DNA from: a bacterium UBP8_UBA817
GTDB lineage: Bacteria; Margulisbacteria; Marinamargulisbacteria; SXXA01; SICP01
Direction: 5' to 3'
DNA: 64,000 nt
Assembly (NCBI GenBank): GCA_945898045.1
Contig: CAMDGG010000002.1
Span: forward strand, 19,231-83,230
Position 1 is the stretch's first letter; each line of letters begins with the position of its first letter. Both the position numbers and the translations under genes were made by a program. Below the pieces are notes generated by a model. That model was not told the origin of the DNA, ran no database searches, and worked only from the letters and a program-made list of their open reading frames with translations. This document shows, one piece after another, positions 9,918 to 20,173 of the stretch.

Positions 9918-11135
9918 CTAAAGACGATCTAGTTCAAAAACGGCGTGTAATAATTCCAAAGCCCTTGGGCCATCAGCCTTATCAATCACACAAGACACTT
10001 TGATCTCCGACGTCGAAATCATCCGAATATTAATACCATTATCACCCAATGTTTTGAAAAATTTGGCTGCAACACCTGGTTTAGACATCATGCCAACACC
10101 CACAATAGAAATTTTGGCAATCGCATCATCAAATTGAACCCCACTCGCTTTTAAACGAGCGCCCACGTTAGATGTTACTGTTTTTGCTTGCTGCAAATCA
10201 TCTACGCTTACTGTAAAACTAATTTTATTAAATCCGTTTTCCTGAACCGTCTGGATAATCATATCCACATTGACAGAAGCCTCGGCCAATTCAGAAAAAA
10301 TCTGTCCGGCAACTCCGGGGCTATCAGGGATATTTAAAATAGAAATTTGTGCCTCATCTTCATTCATTGTCACCCCTGTGACAGGACGATTTACTTCCAT
10401 AGCTGTAGCCTCCTTAACCAACGTACCGCTAACCCGATCAAACGAAGATCGCACATGAATCACAACCCCATTTTCTTTTGCACATTCAACCGCACGAGGA
10501 TGCAACACCTTGGCACCCAACGACGCCAATTCCAACATCTCTTCATAAGAAATTTCAGATAATTTAGACGCAGATTTTACTTTGCGAGGATCGGTCGTGT
10601 ACACGCCATCTACATCCGTAAAAATTTCGCAAACGCCAGCACCCAATGCCGCTGCCAAAACAACAGCAGACGTATCTGATCCGCCACGTCCAATCGTCGT
10701 CACATCCAGCGCATCGTTAATACCCTGAAATCCGGTAACAACCACCACATTTCCCAATTTCAATTCATGTAAAATACGTTTTGTATCTACATCCACAATT
10801 TTAGAACGTCCGTAGTGTCCACTCGTGGCAACCCCTGCTTGAGGACCTGTCAAAGAAATCGCTGAAACCCCAAGATTTTGCAACGCCATCGCCAAAAGCG
10901 CAGCAGAAATATTTTCACCAGTCGAAATCAATGCATCGTATTCACGCGGATTCGGCGTATCAGAAATACGATGCGAAAGCGCAATCAAATCATCCGTCGT
11001 ATCCCCCATCGCAGACACCACCACCACAATATGAGGTGTTGTTTTCTTCAACTCACTCACACGATCAGCAACCGCCTTAATACGCTCAGGCGTTCCAACC
11101 GATGTACCACCAAACTTTTGAACCGTAATATTCAT
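9918..11135 (-). CDS. lysC: Aspartate kinase
   Basis: VQKFGGTSV, VVSAMGDTTD, GRGGSDTSA, DVDGVYTTDPR, two ACT domains; ATG 11135. Confidence 0.97.
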   Translation of the reverse strand: MNITVQKFGGTSVGTPERIKAVADRVSELKKTTPHIVVVVSAMGDTTDDLIALSHRISDTPNPREYDALISTGENISAALLAMALQNLGVSAISLTGPQAGVATSGHYGRSKIVDVDTKRILHELKLGNVVVVTGFQGINDALDVTTIGRGGSDTSAVVLAAALGAGVCEIFTDVDGVYTTDPRKVKSASKLSEISYEEMLELASLGAKVLHPRAVECAKENGVVIHVRSSFDRVSGTLVKEATAMEVNRPVTGVTMNEDEAQISILNIPDSPGVAGQIFSELAEASVNVDMIIQTVQENGFNKISFTVSVDDLQQAKTVTSNVGARLKASGVQFDDAIAKISIVGVGMMSKPGVAAKFFKTLGDNGINIRMISTSEIKVSCVIDKADGPRALELLHAVFELDRL

Positions 11136-11246
11136 TATAAGGCTAAAATTATCTAATTCATCCCCATATGTCAATCAAGGGTGACATGCCCCATAAATTC
11201 CGTTAAAATGACCGAACCTGTTCGAAAAATCCAAGGAGAGCTTTAA

Positions 11247-11792
11247 ATGAGCATCAAGCTAGGCCTCGTCGGTAAAAATGGCGCAGGGAAATCAGCAGTC
11301 TGTAACTACCTCCTGGAACACGACTTCACCTGTTTTTCACTCTCCAATATTGTCCGTGATGAAGCCCACAAAAAAGGCCTCCCTCTCACTAGAGACAATT
11401 TAGTAAGCACCGCAAATATACTCAAAGAAGAAAAAGGTGCTGCATTTTTGGCCATTCAAAGCAACGAAAAAGCGACGGGAAATAAAATTGTTTTTGACAG
11501 CATCCGAAATGTAGATGAGGTAGATTATCTCAGAAATAAAAACGTCATTCTGATCGGCATCGATGCACCTATTGAACTACGCTATCAACGTATACAACAA
11601 AGAGCCCACGGAACAGATCATGTTGATTTTGAAACCTTCAAAACACAAGACGAACGAGAAAATTCTGGAATCAGCAGCGGACAAAATATCAACGCCGCCC
11701 TCGAGCACTGCACCTATCACCTTGAAAATATCGGCGATCTTACTGCCCTTCAACACCAAGTACAGGAAATCCTAAATCAATGCCAAGATTAA
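11247..11792 (+). CDS. P-loop nucleotide kinase (dephospho-CoA kinase/AAA_17-like)
   Basis: GKNGAGKS, VFDSIRNVDEV, IDAPIELRYQR; SD AAGGAG. Confidence 0.75.
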   Translation: MSIKLGLVGKNGAGKSAVCNYLLEHDFTCFSLSNIVRDEAHKKGLPLTRDNLVSTANILKEEKGAAFLAIQSNEKATGNKIVFDSIRNVDEVDYLRNKNVILIGIDAPIELRYQRIQQRAHGTDHVDFETFKTQDERENSGISSGQNINAALEHCTYHLENIGDLTALQHQVQEILNQCQD

Positions 11793-13027
11793 GCCTAGAA
11801 GGCGGACACATTCTATCTGGAAACGTAAAAGCCTCCGGGGCTAAAAATGCAGCACTCCCTTTACTTGCGGCTACTATTTTGATGGACGGCGAATGTCTCC
11901 TAAGTAACGTCCCCGACCTACACGACATCAACACCATGATCAAAATGCTCAACGCCCTCAATGTACGCGCAGAGTACTGCCCAAACAATCAAATCAAAAT
12001 TACCAACACCAAAAAAGTACGCCATATCGCCCCTTACGATTTGGTCACTGCCATGCGCGCTTCATTTTTTGTAGCTGGCCCTCTGCTTGCCAAAACCGGC
12101 TTTGCAAAAGTACCGCTTCCAGGCGGATGCAGCATCGGCTCTCGCCCGATTGATCTTCACCTTAAAGGCTTCAAGGCCCTCGGCGCCAAAGTCAGTATCG
12201 AACACGGATTTGTCGAATTACAATGCAAACAACTCATCGGCACTCGATTTTACATGGACTTCCCCTCTGTAGGTGCCACCGAAAACATCATGATGGCGGC
12301 AACTCTTGCTCAAGGACAAACCATTATTGAAAACGTCGCCCAAGAACCAGAAATTACCGACCTCGGTAACTTCCTCATTGCCGCTGGTGCATCCATCACA
12401 GGACTCGGCACCAGCACCATCATTGTCAACGGAACAAAAACACTCACGGGAACTCACCATCGCGTTATCCCAGACAGAATCGAAGCCGGAACGCTACTCA
12501 TCGCGGGAGCCATCACAAAAGGAGACGTTACCGTCTTCGATGCCATCCCCGACCACAACGAACCCCTTCTACAAAAACTCAAAGAATGTGGTCTTGGCCT
12601 CGAAATTCATCCCGATAGAGTCCGTATTTTTTATCAAGATCAGCCTACTGCAGTCGATATCGAAACACTTCCGTTTCCGGGATTCCCCACAGACATGCAA
12701 GCCCAAATGATGGCACTCCTAACCGTCGCGAAAGGCACCAGCATTATCACCGAATCTATTTTCGAGAACCGTTTTATGCATGCAGATGAACTCATGCGAA
12801 TGGGCGCAAAAATCAAACTCAACAACAGAAGCGCACTCGTAACAGGCGTCCCCGCACTATCCGGAGCCGAAGTCAAAATAACCGATCTCAGAGCCGGCGC
12901 AGCACTCATACTCGCAGGACTAGCCGCAGAAGGTATCACCACCGTACACGGCCTCAAACACCTCCGAAGAGGCTACGACAATCTCCCCGAAAAACTACAA
13001 TCTCTTGGCGCAAAAATTTTAGGATGA
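11780..13027 (+). CDS. murA: UDP-GlcNAc 1-carboxyvinyltransferase
   Basis: GAKNAALP, LPGGCSIGSRPIDLH, SVGATEN, PDRIEAGT, FPGFPTDMQAQ, TDLRAGA. Confidence 0.99.
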   Translation: MPRLSLEGGHILSGNVKASGAKNAALPLLAATILMDGECLLSNVPDLHDINTMIKMLNALNVRAEYCPNNQIKITNTKKVRHIAPYDLVTAMRASFFVAGPLLAKTGFAKVPLPGGCSIGSRPIDLHLKGFKALGAKVSIEHGFVELQCKQLIGTRFYMDFPSVGATENIMMAATLAQGQTIIENVAQEPEITDLGNFLIAAGASITGLGTSTIIVNGTKTLTGTHHRVIPDRIEAGTLLIAGAITKGDVTVFDAIPDHNEPLLQKLKECGLGLEIHPDRVRIFYQDQPTAVDIETLPFPGFPTDMQAQMMALLTVAKGTSIITESIFENRFMHADELMRMGAKIKLNNRSALVTGVPALSGAEVKITDLRAGAALILAGLAAEGITTVHGLKHLRRGYDNLPEKLQSLGAKILG

Positions 13028-13037
13028 GTTTAGGCTA

Positions 13038-13883
13038 ATGACACAGAAAATAACCTTCACAAAAATGCACGGACTCGGCAACGATTTTATTGTGATCGAT
13101 GCGCTTACTCACACACTTGATGTCGCATACTACACAGACCTAGCCCTCCAACTCTGCGACCGACACACAGGCATTGGGGGAGACGGAATCGTCTTTGTCT
13201 TACCCTCTGACAAAGCCCATTTCAAAATGCGCATAATCAATAGTGACGGCAGCGAACCCGAAATGTGCGGAAACGGACTCCGCTGTTTTGCACAATTCGT
13301 CTATCAAAATAAACTGATCAATACCCCCACGTTCCAAGTCGAAACCTTGGCGGGTATCAAAGAACCCAGCGTTTTAGAAAACGGCCTAATCAAAGTAGAC
13401 ATGGGAATTCCCATCCTAGAAAGAAGCCAAATTCCTATGTTAGGAACTCCCAAAAATACCCCCGTCATCAACATGCCCATCACAGCCCACCACAGCAATT
13501 TCCTCATGACCGGCGTCAATATGGGAAACCCCCATGCCGTCATTTTTGTAGACGATCTTAAGAAGATTGACCTCGACACTCTAGGCACAAAATTTGAGCA
13601 TCACCCCTTATTCCCAGAACGCATCAATACCGAATTCGTCAAAATCATCAACAAACAGGAAGCCCGCATGATCGTATGGGAACGCGGCGCAGGTAAAACC
13701 CTCGCGTGTGGAACAGGCGCTTGCGCCGTCCTCGTCGCAGGTGTTCTTACCGACAAACTAGAGAGAACTGCAACCATCCATCTCCCGGGAGGACCTTTAG
13801 AAATTAACTGGGACGCCAACACCAATCACGTCATCATGACGGGCCCCGCCACCCACGTTTTTGACGGAACAATTGACCTCTAA
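13038..13883 (+). CDS. dapF: Diaminopimelate epimerase
   Basis: FTKMHGLGNDF, NSDGSEPEMCGNG, MGNPH, WERGAGKTLACGTGAC. Confidence 0.98.
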   Translation: MTQKITFTKMHGLGNDFIVIDALTHTLDVAYYTDLALQLCDRHTGIGGDGIVFVLPSDKAHFKMRIINSDGSEPEMCGNGLRCFAQFVYQNKLINTPTFQVETLAGIKEPSVLENGLIKVDMGIPILERSQIPMLGTPKNTPVINMPITAHHSNFLMTGVNMGNPHAVIFVDDLKKIDLDTLGTKFEHHPLFPERINTEFVKIINKQEARMIVWERGAGKTLACGTGACAVLVAGVLTDKLERTATIHLPGGPLEINWDANTNHVIMTGPATHVFDGTIDL

Positions 13884-14628
13884 AACTATCACACTCATTG
13901 GCTACTACGGCGCAGGCAACCCCGGCGACGATTGGCTAGAACGTCAAAGCGTTTCCCTCATAAAAGAATACGCCCCAAATGCAACCTGCCATCACCACCA
14001 GAGCAAACACAAAATACGCACGTTTTTCTCAATCTTAAAATGCGACACCGTTATTTTTGGTGGCGGCAGCCTTTTCCAAGATCATACGTCCCGAAAAAGT
14101 CTCTACTATTACCTTACGCTCCTAACATGTTCCCTTCTTCTACGCAAAAAAACGATACTTCTGGGCCACGGCTTTTCACCTTTTCAGTATCCCCTCTCCA
14201 AAATAATCGCCGCTTTCCTACTCAAAAAAATCCATAAAATAACCGTTCGAGACAAGGAAAGCTTCGCCTACTGCAAAACGCTAAACATACCCGAACACAA
14301 ACTCCATTTAGCAAGTGACCTCGCCTACTACAAAGCCACTATCACTTCGTGCTCAGATAAGCCTCTCGTCATTGCATCCCGATATCACGTCTGCGTCTGG
14401 GCAAGTCTCCACCAAATTCCATTTTTGGCACTCGCATATGACGATAAACTGATTAACCTAGCAACGGTACTCCAGCAACCCTACATAGATACCAGGAATC
14501 CATACACACAACACGACTTCCAAGAAAAAGTCTCTGATCTACAAAATAATTTCACTCAGTATCAAAATCAACTCAAACACCAAGTACCCCGCTTAATCCA
14601 ACGTTCAGAAAACAACAAACTTTCATGA
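13861..14628 (+). CDS. csaB: CsaB-like polysaccharide pyruvyl transferase (short form)
   Basis: IGYYGAGNPGDD, FGGGSLFQDHTSRKSLYYY, ITVRDKES, SRYH...AYDDK. Confidence 0.8.
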   Translation: MTEQLTSKTITLIGYYGAGNPGDDWLERQSVSLIKEYAPNATCHHHQSKHKIRTFFSILKCDTVIFGGGSLFQDHTSRKSLYYYLTLLTCSLLLRKKTILLGHGFSPFQYPLSKIIAAFLLKKIHKITVRDKESFAYCKTLNIPEHKLHLASDLAYYKATITSCSDKPLVIASRYHVCVWASLHQIPFLALAYDDKLINLATVLQQPYIDTRNPYTQHDFQEKVSDLQNNFTQYQNQLKHQVPRLIQRSENNKLS

Positions 14629-15302
14629 TCACAGTCCCCGTCTTAAACTACGCCGTTACCAACACCACCCTCTCCGAACTTCTCCGAACAGTCCCCAATA
14701 GTCTTGCCGAACCCAAATTCCATACGCTAATCACCCTCAACCCCCAAATCATCATGGCCGCAGAAAAAGACCCCTCCATCGCAAAATTACTTCACGCCAG
14801 CATCCTAATCCCAGACAGCATCGGAATTCTTTGGGCAGCCAAAGAAAAGCTTACCCAAATTCCAGGGGTCGAACTCACCGAAACCCTTCTTAAAAGTTCA
14901 TTAAACTGTTACCTCATCGGTAGCCAACCAACGGTACTCACAAAACTTCTAACCCAAATCCAAGCACCCGTTATTGGAAGTCACCACGGTTATTTCAACG
15001 ATGACGAACTCACAAAAATAATCCAAGACATCCAAACAAAAAAACCAGATATTATTCTCGTCGCACTCGGCGTTCCCAAACAAGAACACGTACTAATCCA
15101 ACTCTCAAAATCCCTCACCTATGGTATCGGAATCGGAGTCGGCGGCAGTTTCGATATTATCTCAGGAACCAAAAAACGTGCCCCTGCTTGGGTTATTACC
15201 TGCAACCTAGAATGGCTGTATCGAGGACTCTCTGAACCAAAGCGAATTAAGACCTGGGGTTATTTATTGCAATTCATTGGACGCGTCATAAAAAACGGTT
15301 GA
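14625..15302 (+). CDS. WecB/TagA/CpsF family glycosyltransferase
   Basis: TLNPQ, PDSIG, GVEL, HGYF, VALGVPKQE, GVGGSFD, RAP..LEWLYR. Confidence 0.93.
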   Translation: MITVPVLNYAVTNTTLSELLRTVPNSLAEPKFHTLITLNPQIIMAAEKDPSIAKLLHASILIPDSIGILWAAKEKLTQIPGVELTETLLKSSLNCYLIGSQPTVLTKLLTQIQAPVIGSHHGYFNDDELTKIIQDIQTKKPDIILVALGVPKQEHVLIQLSKSLTYGIGIGVGGSFDIISGTKKRAPAWVITCNLEWLYRGLSEPKRIKTWGYLLQFIGRVIKNG

Positions 15303-15335
15303 CACAGAAAAATAGCAACGTTAATATCATTTTAA

Positions 15336-16451
15336 ATTAAACTAATTAATAACGTTATTGCGTGCGCTATTTTTCTACTGTGCATTCCCACAAATGCATC
15401 CATACGCATACAAAATGTAGGTACACACAGCGCATTCACTATACCATCCGTCCTACTCACCACACCCAACACCCTATCGCAAACCCAGAAAACCGAAACC
15501 CTCCACATCCCAACAAACATCTCCACGTCCTATCACGCAGACTACAAAAAATTGACATATTCATTCAAAACAGATCTACCAAGAAAAATCCAACTTACAC
15601 TCAAAGACGCTACAGGAAAAGAATGGCAACAACCTCAAGCCACTCACATCACACCCTCAACCAATAGCATCGATATCCCCCTAACGAATACCTTTCCAGA
15701 CAAAATCTCCGAAATCATCCTCACGTCCGAACTAGACACCATCCCCATTCAAGCAACACCTTTCACCCTAACCTCTCTCATCCTATATGACGATCCACTT
15801 CTTTCAGCACAAAACATAACGATCAGCTCTGTTGGTACAATTTCAAGTTTCACCATCGATGGAAAAACGATTCTTGATAACGACTTCATCAAAAACACGC
15901 CTGAAATTACACTTCGCACTACCAGTGCCAACTTATCTGGCTACACCATTCGCATCATCAATACCGCAACACAAGAAATCGCAGCAGAAAAAAGCGACGT
16001 CTTAACAACACCTCAAGACACGGCCGTATTCACAATCACAAGCGCCCTCCCCGACGGCAAATACCAAGTCTTCGCCACTGCCAATTTTGGCTCAGAAGTA
16101 GCCACTGCCAACTCTAAAATCGCCATCGTCCAATCAAGCTTCGAACTTACAGACTGCCTAAACTCGCCTAACCCCTTCAACCCCAACACCCAATCAACGG
16201 CCATCACCTACAGCCTCAGCAAAAATGCAGACATCGACCTCTACATCTACACCATCAACGGTGAACTCCAAGAAAAAACGCACATTAATGCAGGGGAATC
16301 CGGTGGAACAGCTGGCTATAACAGCACCCTTTGGGACGGAAAAAATCAGTTCAACGAAACCGTATCAAACGGCATCTACATCGCCTATATTATCGCCAAA
16401 TCTGAAGGGAAAGTTAAAAAAGGGAAGGTTAAGATATGGGTAAGAAAATAA
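15336..16451 (+). CDS. Secreted protein with C-terminal FlgD-Ig / T9SS-CTD-like domain; probable ATT start
   Basis: Frame of ORF 15552 is open back to ATT 15336, adding a signal peptide (IKLINNVIACAIFLLCIPTNA). C-terminus NSPNPFNP...ITYSL...IYTINGEL...WDGKN...VSNGIYI. Confidence 0.75.
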   Translation: MKLINNVIACAIFLLCIPTNASIRIQNVGTHSAFTIPSVLLTTPNTLSQTQKTETLHIPTNISTSYHADYKKLTYSFKTDLPRKIQLTLKDATGKEWQQPQATHITPSTNSIDIPLTNTFPDKISEIILTSELDTIPIQATPFTLTSLILYDDPLLSAQNITISSVGTISSFTIDGKTILDNDFIKNTPEITLRTTSANLSGYTIRIINTATQEIAAEKSDVLTTPQDTAVFTITSALPDGKYQVFATANFGSEVATANSKIAIVQSSFELTDCLNSPNPFNPNTQSTAITYSLSKNADIDLYIYTINGELQEKTHINAGESGGTAGYNSTLWDGKNQFNETVSNGIYIAYIIAKSEGKVKKGKVKIWVRK

Positions 16452-17308
16452 TCCTTCTCTTGCTACTGGCTCTTTGCCCAGTCGTACACGCTGCCAGCAA
16501 CACAGCAGGAGCATTTACACGCTATAACACAGACGCCAGAATTGCAGGGCTCGGAGGAGCAGGCGTCGCACTATCCAAGGACGCCACCGGCGTCTACTGG
16601 AACCCCGCGAATCTATCTAGCCTAGACCGAAACAACTTCAATATCACCAGCTCCAAAGCCTTCGAAACCGATTATCTATCCGCTTTTCTTGCAATGCCAG
16701 GAAAGACCTTTTCGTGGGGTATTGGATACACAGGCGCACATATAGACGACATCCTGGGCACCCAACAAAATAGCGACAATAGAAGCGAAAAAACAGGCGC
16801 CAACTATACCTACAATGCAACCGCACTCTACCTTGCAACAAGCCTAGCCATCACACAACAACTCGCCATCGGAGTCACCGGAAAATACATCGAAGAAAAA
16901 ATTGGAACATCAAATCCACAGGGCACAGGCCTAGACGTTGGCATTACCTATCAACCTCTTTCGTGGCTACGTCTCGCTACGCATGCACAGAATCTTGCAG
17001 CCCCCTCACTAGCAGGAGAAATTCTCCCCACTACTTACAGTGGTGGCCTTAGCCTCTCTCTATTAGATAAAACACTAATACTAAGCTCCGAAGCAGAAAA
17101 ACAAACCGGCAGATCCACCAAATTTAATAGCGGCATCGAATACTGGCCCGTAAACTGCCTAGCCATTCGGGCCGGGCTCCACGATAGCCACCTCACCTTT
17201 GGCACAGGATTATGCCTCGACACGCTACACCTAAACGCATCCTGGGAAGCTCCTTATCAAGATAATCTAGACGCGCTCTACAGATTCTCAGCTAGCCTAA
17301 ACTTTTAA
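16436..17308 (+). CDS. PorV/PorQ (UPF0164)-like outer-membrane beta-barrel protein
   Basis: Signal peptide; ARIAGLGGAGVALSKDATGVYWNPANL; C-terminal Phe. Confidence 0.82.
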   Translation: MGKKIILLLLLALCPVVHAASNTAGAFTRYNTDARIAGLGGAGVALSKDATGVYWNPANLSSLDRNNFNITSSKAFETDYLSAFLAMPGKTFSWGIGYTGAHIDDILGTQQNSDNRSEKTGANYTYNATALYLATSLAITQQLAIGVTGKYIEEKIGTSNPQGTGLDVGITYQPLSWLRLATHAQNLAAPSLAGEILPTTYSGGLSLSLLDKTLILSSEAEKQTGRSTKFNSGIEYWPVNCLAIRAGLHDSHLTFGTGLCLDTLHLNASWEAPYQDNLDALYRFSASLNF

Positions 17309-18831
17309 AGTCTCAGAATAGATAAATAGGCTTCTAAAATCTCCGGTGTAGGTCCATCAGCCAACACTTCATTTGCAAGCGCCTTACCCAATTCTACCCC
17401 AGGCTGATCAAACGCATTTAAGTTCCATAAAAAACCCTGAAACATCACGACATTTTCATAGAATGCAACAAGAGCCCCCACAACACTCGGCGTTAAATCT
17501 CGATAGAACACTAAAGAAGATGGACGATTTCCAGGGAATGCATCTTCTCTCCCAACAGCAAGCGCCACGGTTTGCGCCACCAAATTAGCCATCAACGCAT
17601 CCTCCGCATCTCGCCCAGCCTGGCCAAATTGATCTGACTTTTCGGATACCCCACCCATAAATTGAACCGGAATCACCCCCGCACCCTGATGAAATTTCTG
17701 GAAAAATGAATGTTGCGCATTACTACCCTGCATGCCAAAAACCAAAGGTCCAACAGCATATGAGAGCTTAGTACCGTCGACAGACACAGACTTTCCGTGA
17801 CTTTCACAAAACAACTGTTGCACATAATCGGGCCACAAGGCTAACGGCTCACCATAAGGAATAACCGCCCGTACAGGAAACCCCAAATAGGTACACTCCC
17901 ACACACCCAAAAGTGCCGAGAGCAAACTCATATTTTGCCTAATATCAGGAACCAAAGCAGCTTCATCTAATAAAAATGCGCCCTCTAAAAATGATTCGAA
18001 AATAGGTGAGCCAAAAACCAAAGACAGGATAACCCCGCCCACTGCACTCGTTACAGAAAACCGGCCGCCTATCGCTGCGTCCAAATAAAAAACATGTCCA
18101 AATCGAGAGACATCATCCAAGAAAGTGTCCTTCATCGTAATCGCGCAAAAATGAGCCCGCATACCGTCACTTGAAATTCCTCGCGCCTCAAACAAAGACC
18201 GAATGAGCCCCAAGTTAGACAACGTCTCTTGCGTCTCACCAGTTTTCGACACAATTAAAAAAAGTGTCGTTTCAATATCTACTTCAGACAAAACAAAGGA
18301 CGCATCAGCAGGATCAATATTGGCAATAAACTGAGGCTCCAAATATCGCTTACACCCAGAATGGGTCAATGCATGACTAACCGCCCTTGGCCCCAAATCA
18401 GACCCCCCAATACCAACTTGCACAACTGACGCAAACTTTTTCCCAGAATATCCACGCAACGATCCGTCATGAACACGTCGACTTAAGTCTGCAATTTTTT
18501 CCTGCTCTGCCCCATAGATTCCACGACTTTTAGACCGTGTCTTATGATGCTGAACTGAGCGCCCCTCACTAAAATTTACCGAAAAACCAGCCCTCAATTC
18601 CCCATACTTCTCCACTACCTGCTGTTCATCTGATAGCGTTTGAAAAACATCCAAAACCTGAGGCGACACCAACGACGCCGCATAGTTAAATCCCAATGGC
18701 CCATTCGACAACGTCAAAGTAGAAATACGCTCTGGCGTCAAAAGATCCCGAAGCACCAACGGAACGTCAGCCAATGTTTTTAATCGCGCGTGGGCAGAGG
18801 CTTCATTTAAGGGGCAGAAAGAAATAGTCAT
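17305..18831 (-). CDS. pgi: Glucose-6-phosphate isomerase
   Basis: VGIGGSDLGP, VSKTGETQET, GGRFSVTS, ESHGK, QHSFFQ, FDQPGVELGK. Confidence 0.96.
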   Translation of the reverse strand: MTISFCPLNEASAHARLKTLADVPLVLRDLLTPERISTLTLSNGPLGFNYAASLVSPQVLDVFQTLSDEQQVVEKYGELRAGFSVNFSEGRSVQHHKTRSKSRGIYGAEQEKIADLSRRVHDGSLRGYSGKKFASVVQVGIGGSDLGPRAVSHALTHSGCKRYLEPQFIANIDPADASFVLSEVDIETTLFLIVSKTGETQETLSNLGLIRSLFEARGISSDGMRAHFCAITMKDTFLDDVSRFGHVFYLDAAIGGRFSVTSAVGGVILSLVFGSPIFESFLEGAFLLDEAALVPDIRQNMSLLSALLGVWECTYLGFPVRAVIPYGEPLALWPDYVQQLFCESHGKSVSVDGTKLSYAVGPLVFGMQGSNAQHSFFQKFHQGAGVIPVQFMGGVSEKSDQFGQAGRDAEDALMANLVAQTVALAVGREDAFPGNRPSSLVFYRDLTPSVVGALVAFYENVVMFQGFLWNLNAFDQPGVELGKALANEVLADGPTPEILEAYLSILRL

Positions 18832-20072
18832 TGCACATCATCCTGATAGATCTGACGAATCACCGCTTGAGCCGATGCTGTAAAAGGTTGAGAACGACGC
18901 TGCATCACACGAGACACAATAGGCAACCACCGATCCAGCTCCACCCTAGAATAAACCGCACTACCACCCCAACTAAACGGAGCAATATACTTATCTTGTA
19001 ATGCGCCGCCCCAGACAGTAGAACCAAAGCCCAAAACCGACCCCGTATTCAATAAAGTGCCAATCCCACACTTCACATGATCCCCAATCAGTGACCCCAA
19101 AAACTGTAAGCCTGTATCCAAAAGGCCCTCTGACGTCTGAACCCGAATCGGCCCATACGTATTTTTTAGATTTGATGTTGTCGTTCCCGCGCCCAAATTA
19201 ACCCATTCACCCACATAAGAGTGCCCCATAAATCCTTCATGCGCTTTATTCGATTGACCGTAAAAAATAGACTGTGAAATTTCGCCCGAAACTTTGCAAT
19301 TTGGGCCAATAGAAGAAGCCTTAATCTTAGCGCCCAAAACCTGGGTATTTTGTCCTACAAAAAGAGGCCCCTCCAAACGAGAGCCCGACTCCACAAAAAC
19401 ACCCGAGGCCAAATGAACAGGACCCTTCTTGGCATTAATCACCACAAAATCTTCAATCACAACATCTTGTCCAAGAAAAATATCGTCAGCATTTTGCAAA
19501 ACAACAGAAGGTGCCACATCCCCCAACACCCCATGACGACGCAAAATCTCTAAATCCTCTGCCAAAACCTGTGGGTTTAACGAAACCAAATCCCAAACAT
19601 CTTGAACCATGACAACATCATCTAAAACTATGCCCGAGCAAACACTCTCAAGCGTAGCCGCCAAAGCCTCTGCAGAAGGCACATCAAAAAATTGTGGCGC
19701 TACCAACGCCAACGCATCCCCAGCCAAGTAAGCCGCAACAACTTGACCTTGATACGTAAAAAAAACATTCGGTGTTAATGCTTGGCCTCGAATAAATTGT
19801 GATAATTTTTTTGTAAAAACAACACGTCCATTCAGCAACCAACAGACCCCATCCAGGCTAAGTTCATTAGACTGAAATTCAGGATGCCATTCTGCTAGTA
19901 ATGGCCGCAGAACCGGACGCACATGGAGACACACTTCATCAGATGGAAAATAACGCACCATCTTGTCAATCAACCGCTCCATTCCAAGCAGTAAATCAAA
20001 GGCTGGACGCATAAACGTTAAAGGAAACAAAGACGAAAACCGATCATCTTCAAAAATATAAGTTGAAACCAT
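18828..20072 (-). CDS. GlmU-like putative sugar nucleotidyltransferase with hexapeptide acyltransferase domain
   Basis: IFED...LFPLTFMRP, NGR, NKAHEGFMGHSYVGEWVNLGAGTTTSNLKNTY; start ATG 20072. Confidence 0.88.
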   Translation of the reverse strand: MVSTYIFEDDRFSSLFPLTFMRPAFDLLLGMERLIDKMVRYFPSDEVCLHVRPVLRPLLAEWHPEFQSNELSLDGVCWLLNGRVVFTKKLSQFIRGQALTPNVFFTYQGQVVAAYLAGDALALVAPQFFDVPSAEALAATLESVCSGIVLDDVVMVQDVWDLVSLNPQVLAEDLEILRRHGVLGDVAPSVVLQNADDIFLGQDVVIEDFVVINAKKGPVHLASGVFVESGSRLEGPLFVGQNTQVLGAKIKASSIGPNCKVSGEISQSIFYGQSNKAHEGFMGHSYVGEWVNLGAGTTTSNLKNTYGPIRVQTSEGLLDTGLQFLGSLIGDHVKCGIGTLLNTGSVLGFGSTVWGGALQDKYIAPFSWGGSAVYSRVELDRWLPIVSRVMQRRSQPFTASAQAVIRQIYQDDVQ

Positions 20073-20173
20073 ATCAAAAATGATAACCAACCCCCCCTAA
20101 TTATTCAACAAAAAAGTTCAAAAGCAAAAAAATAAACGTTATATTTATAATAAAATTATGATAAGATGACAAA

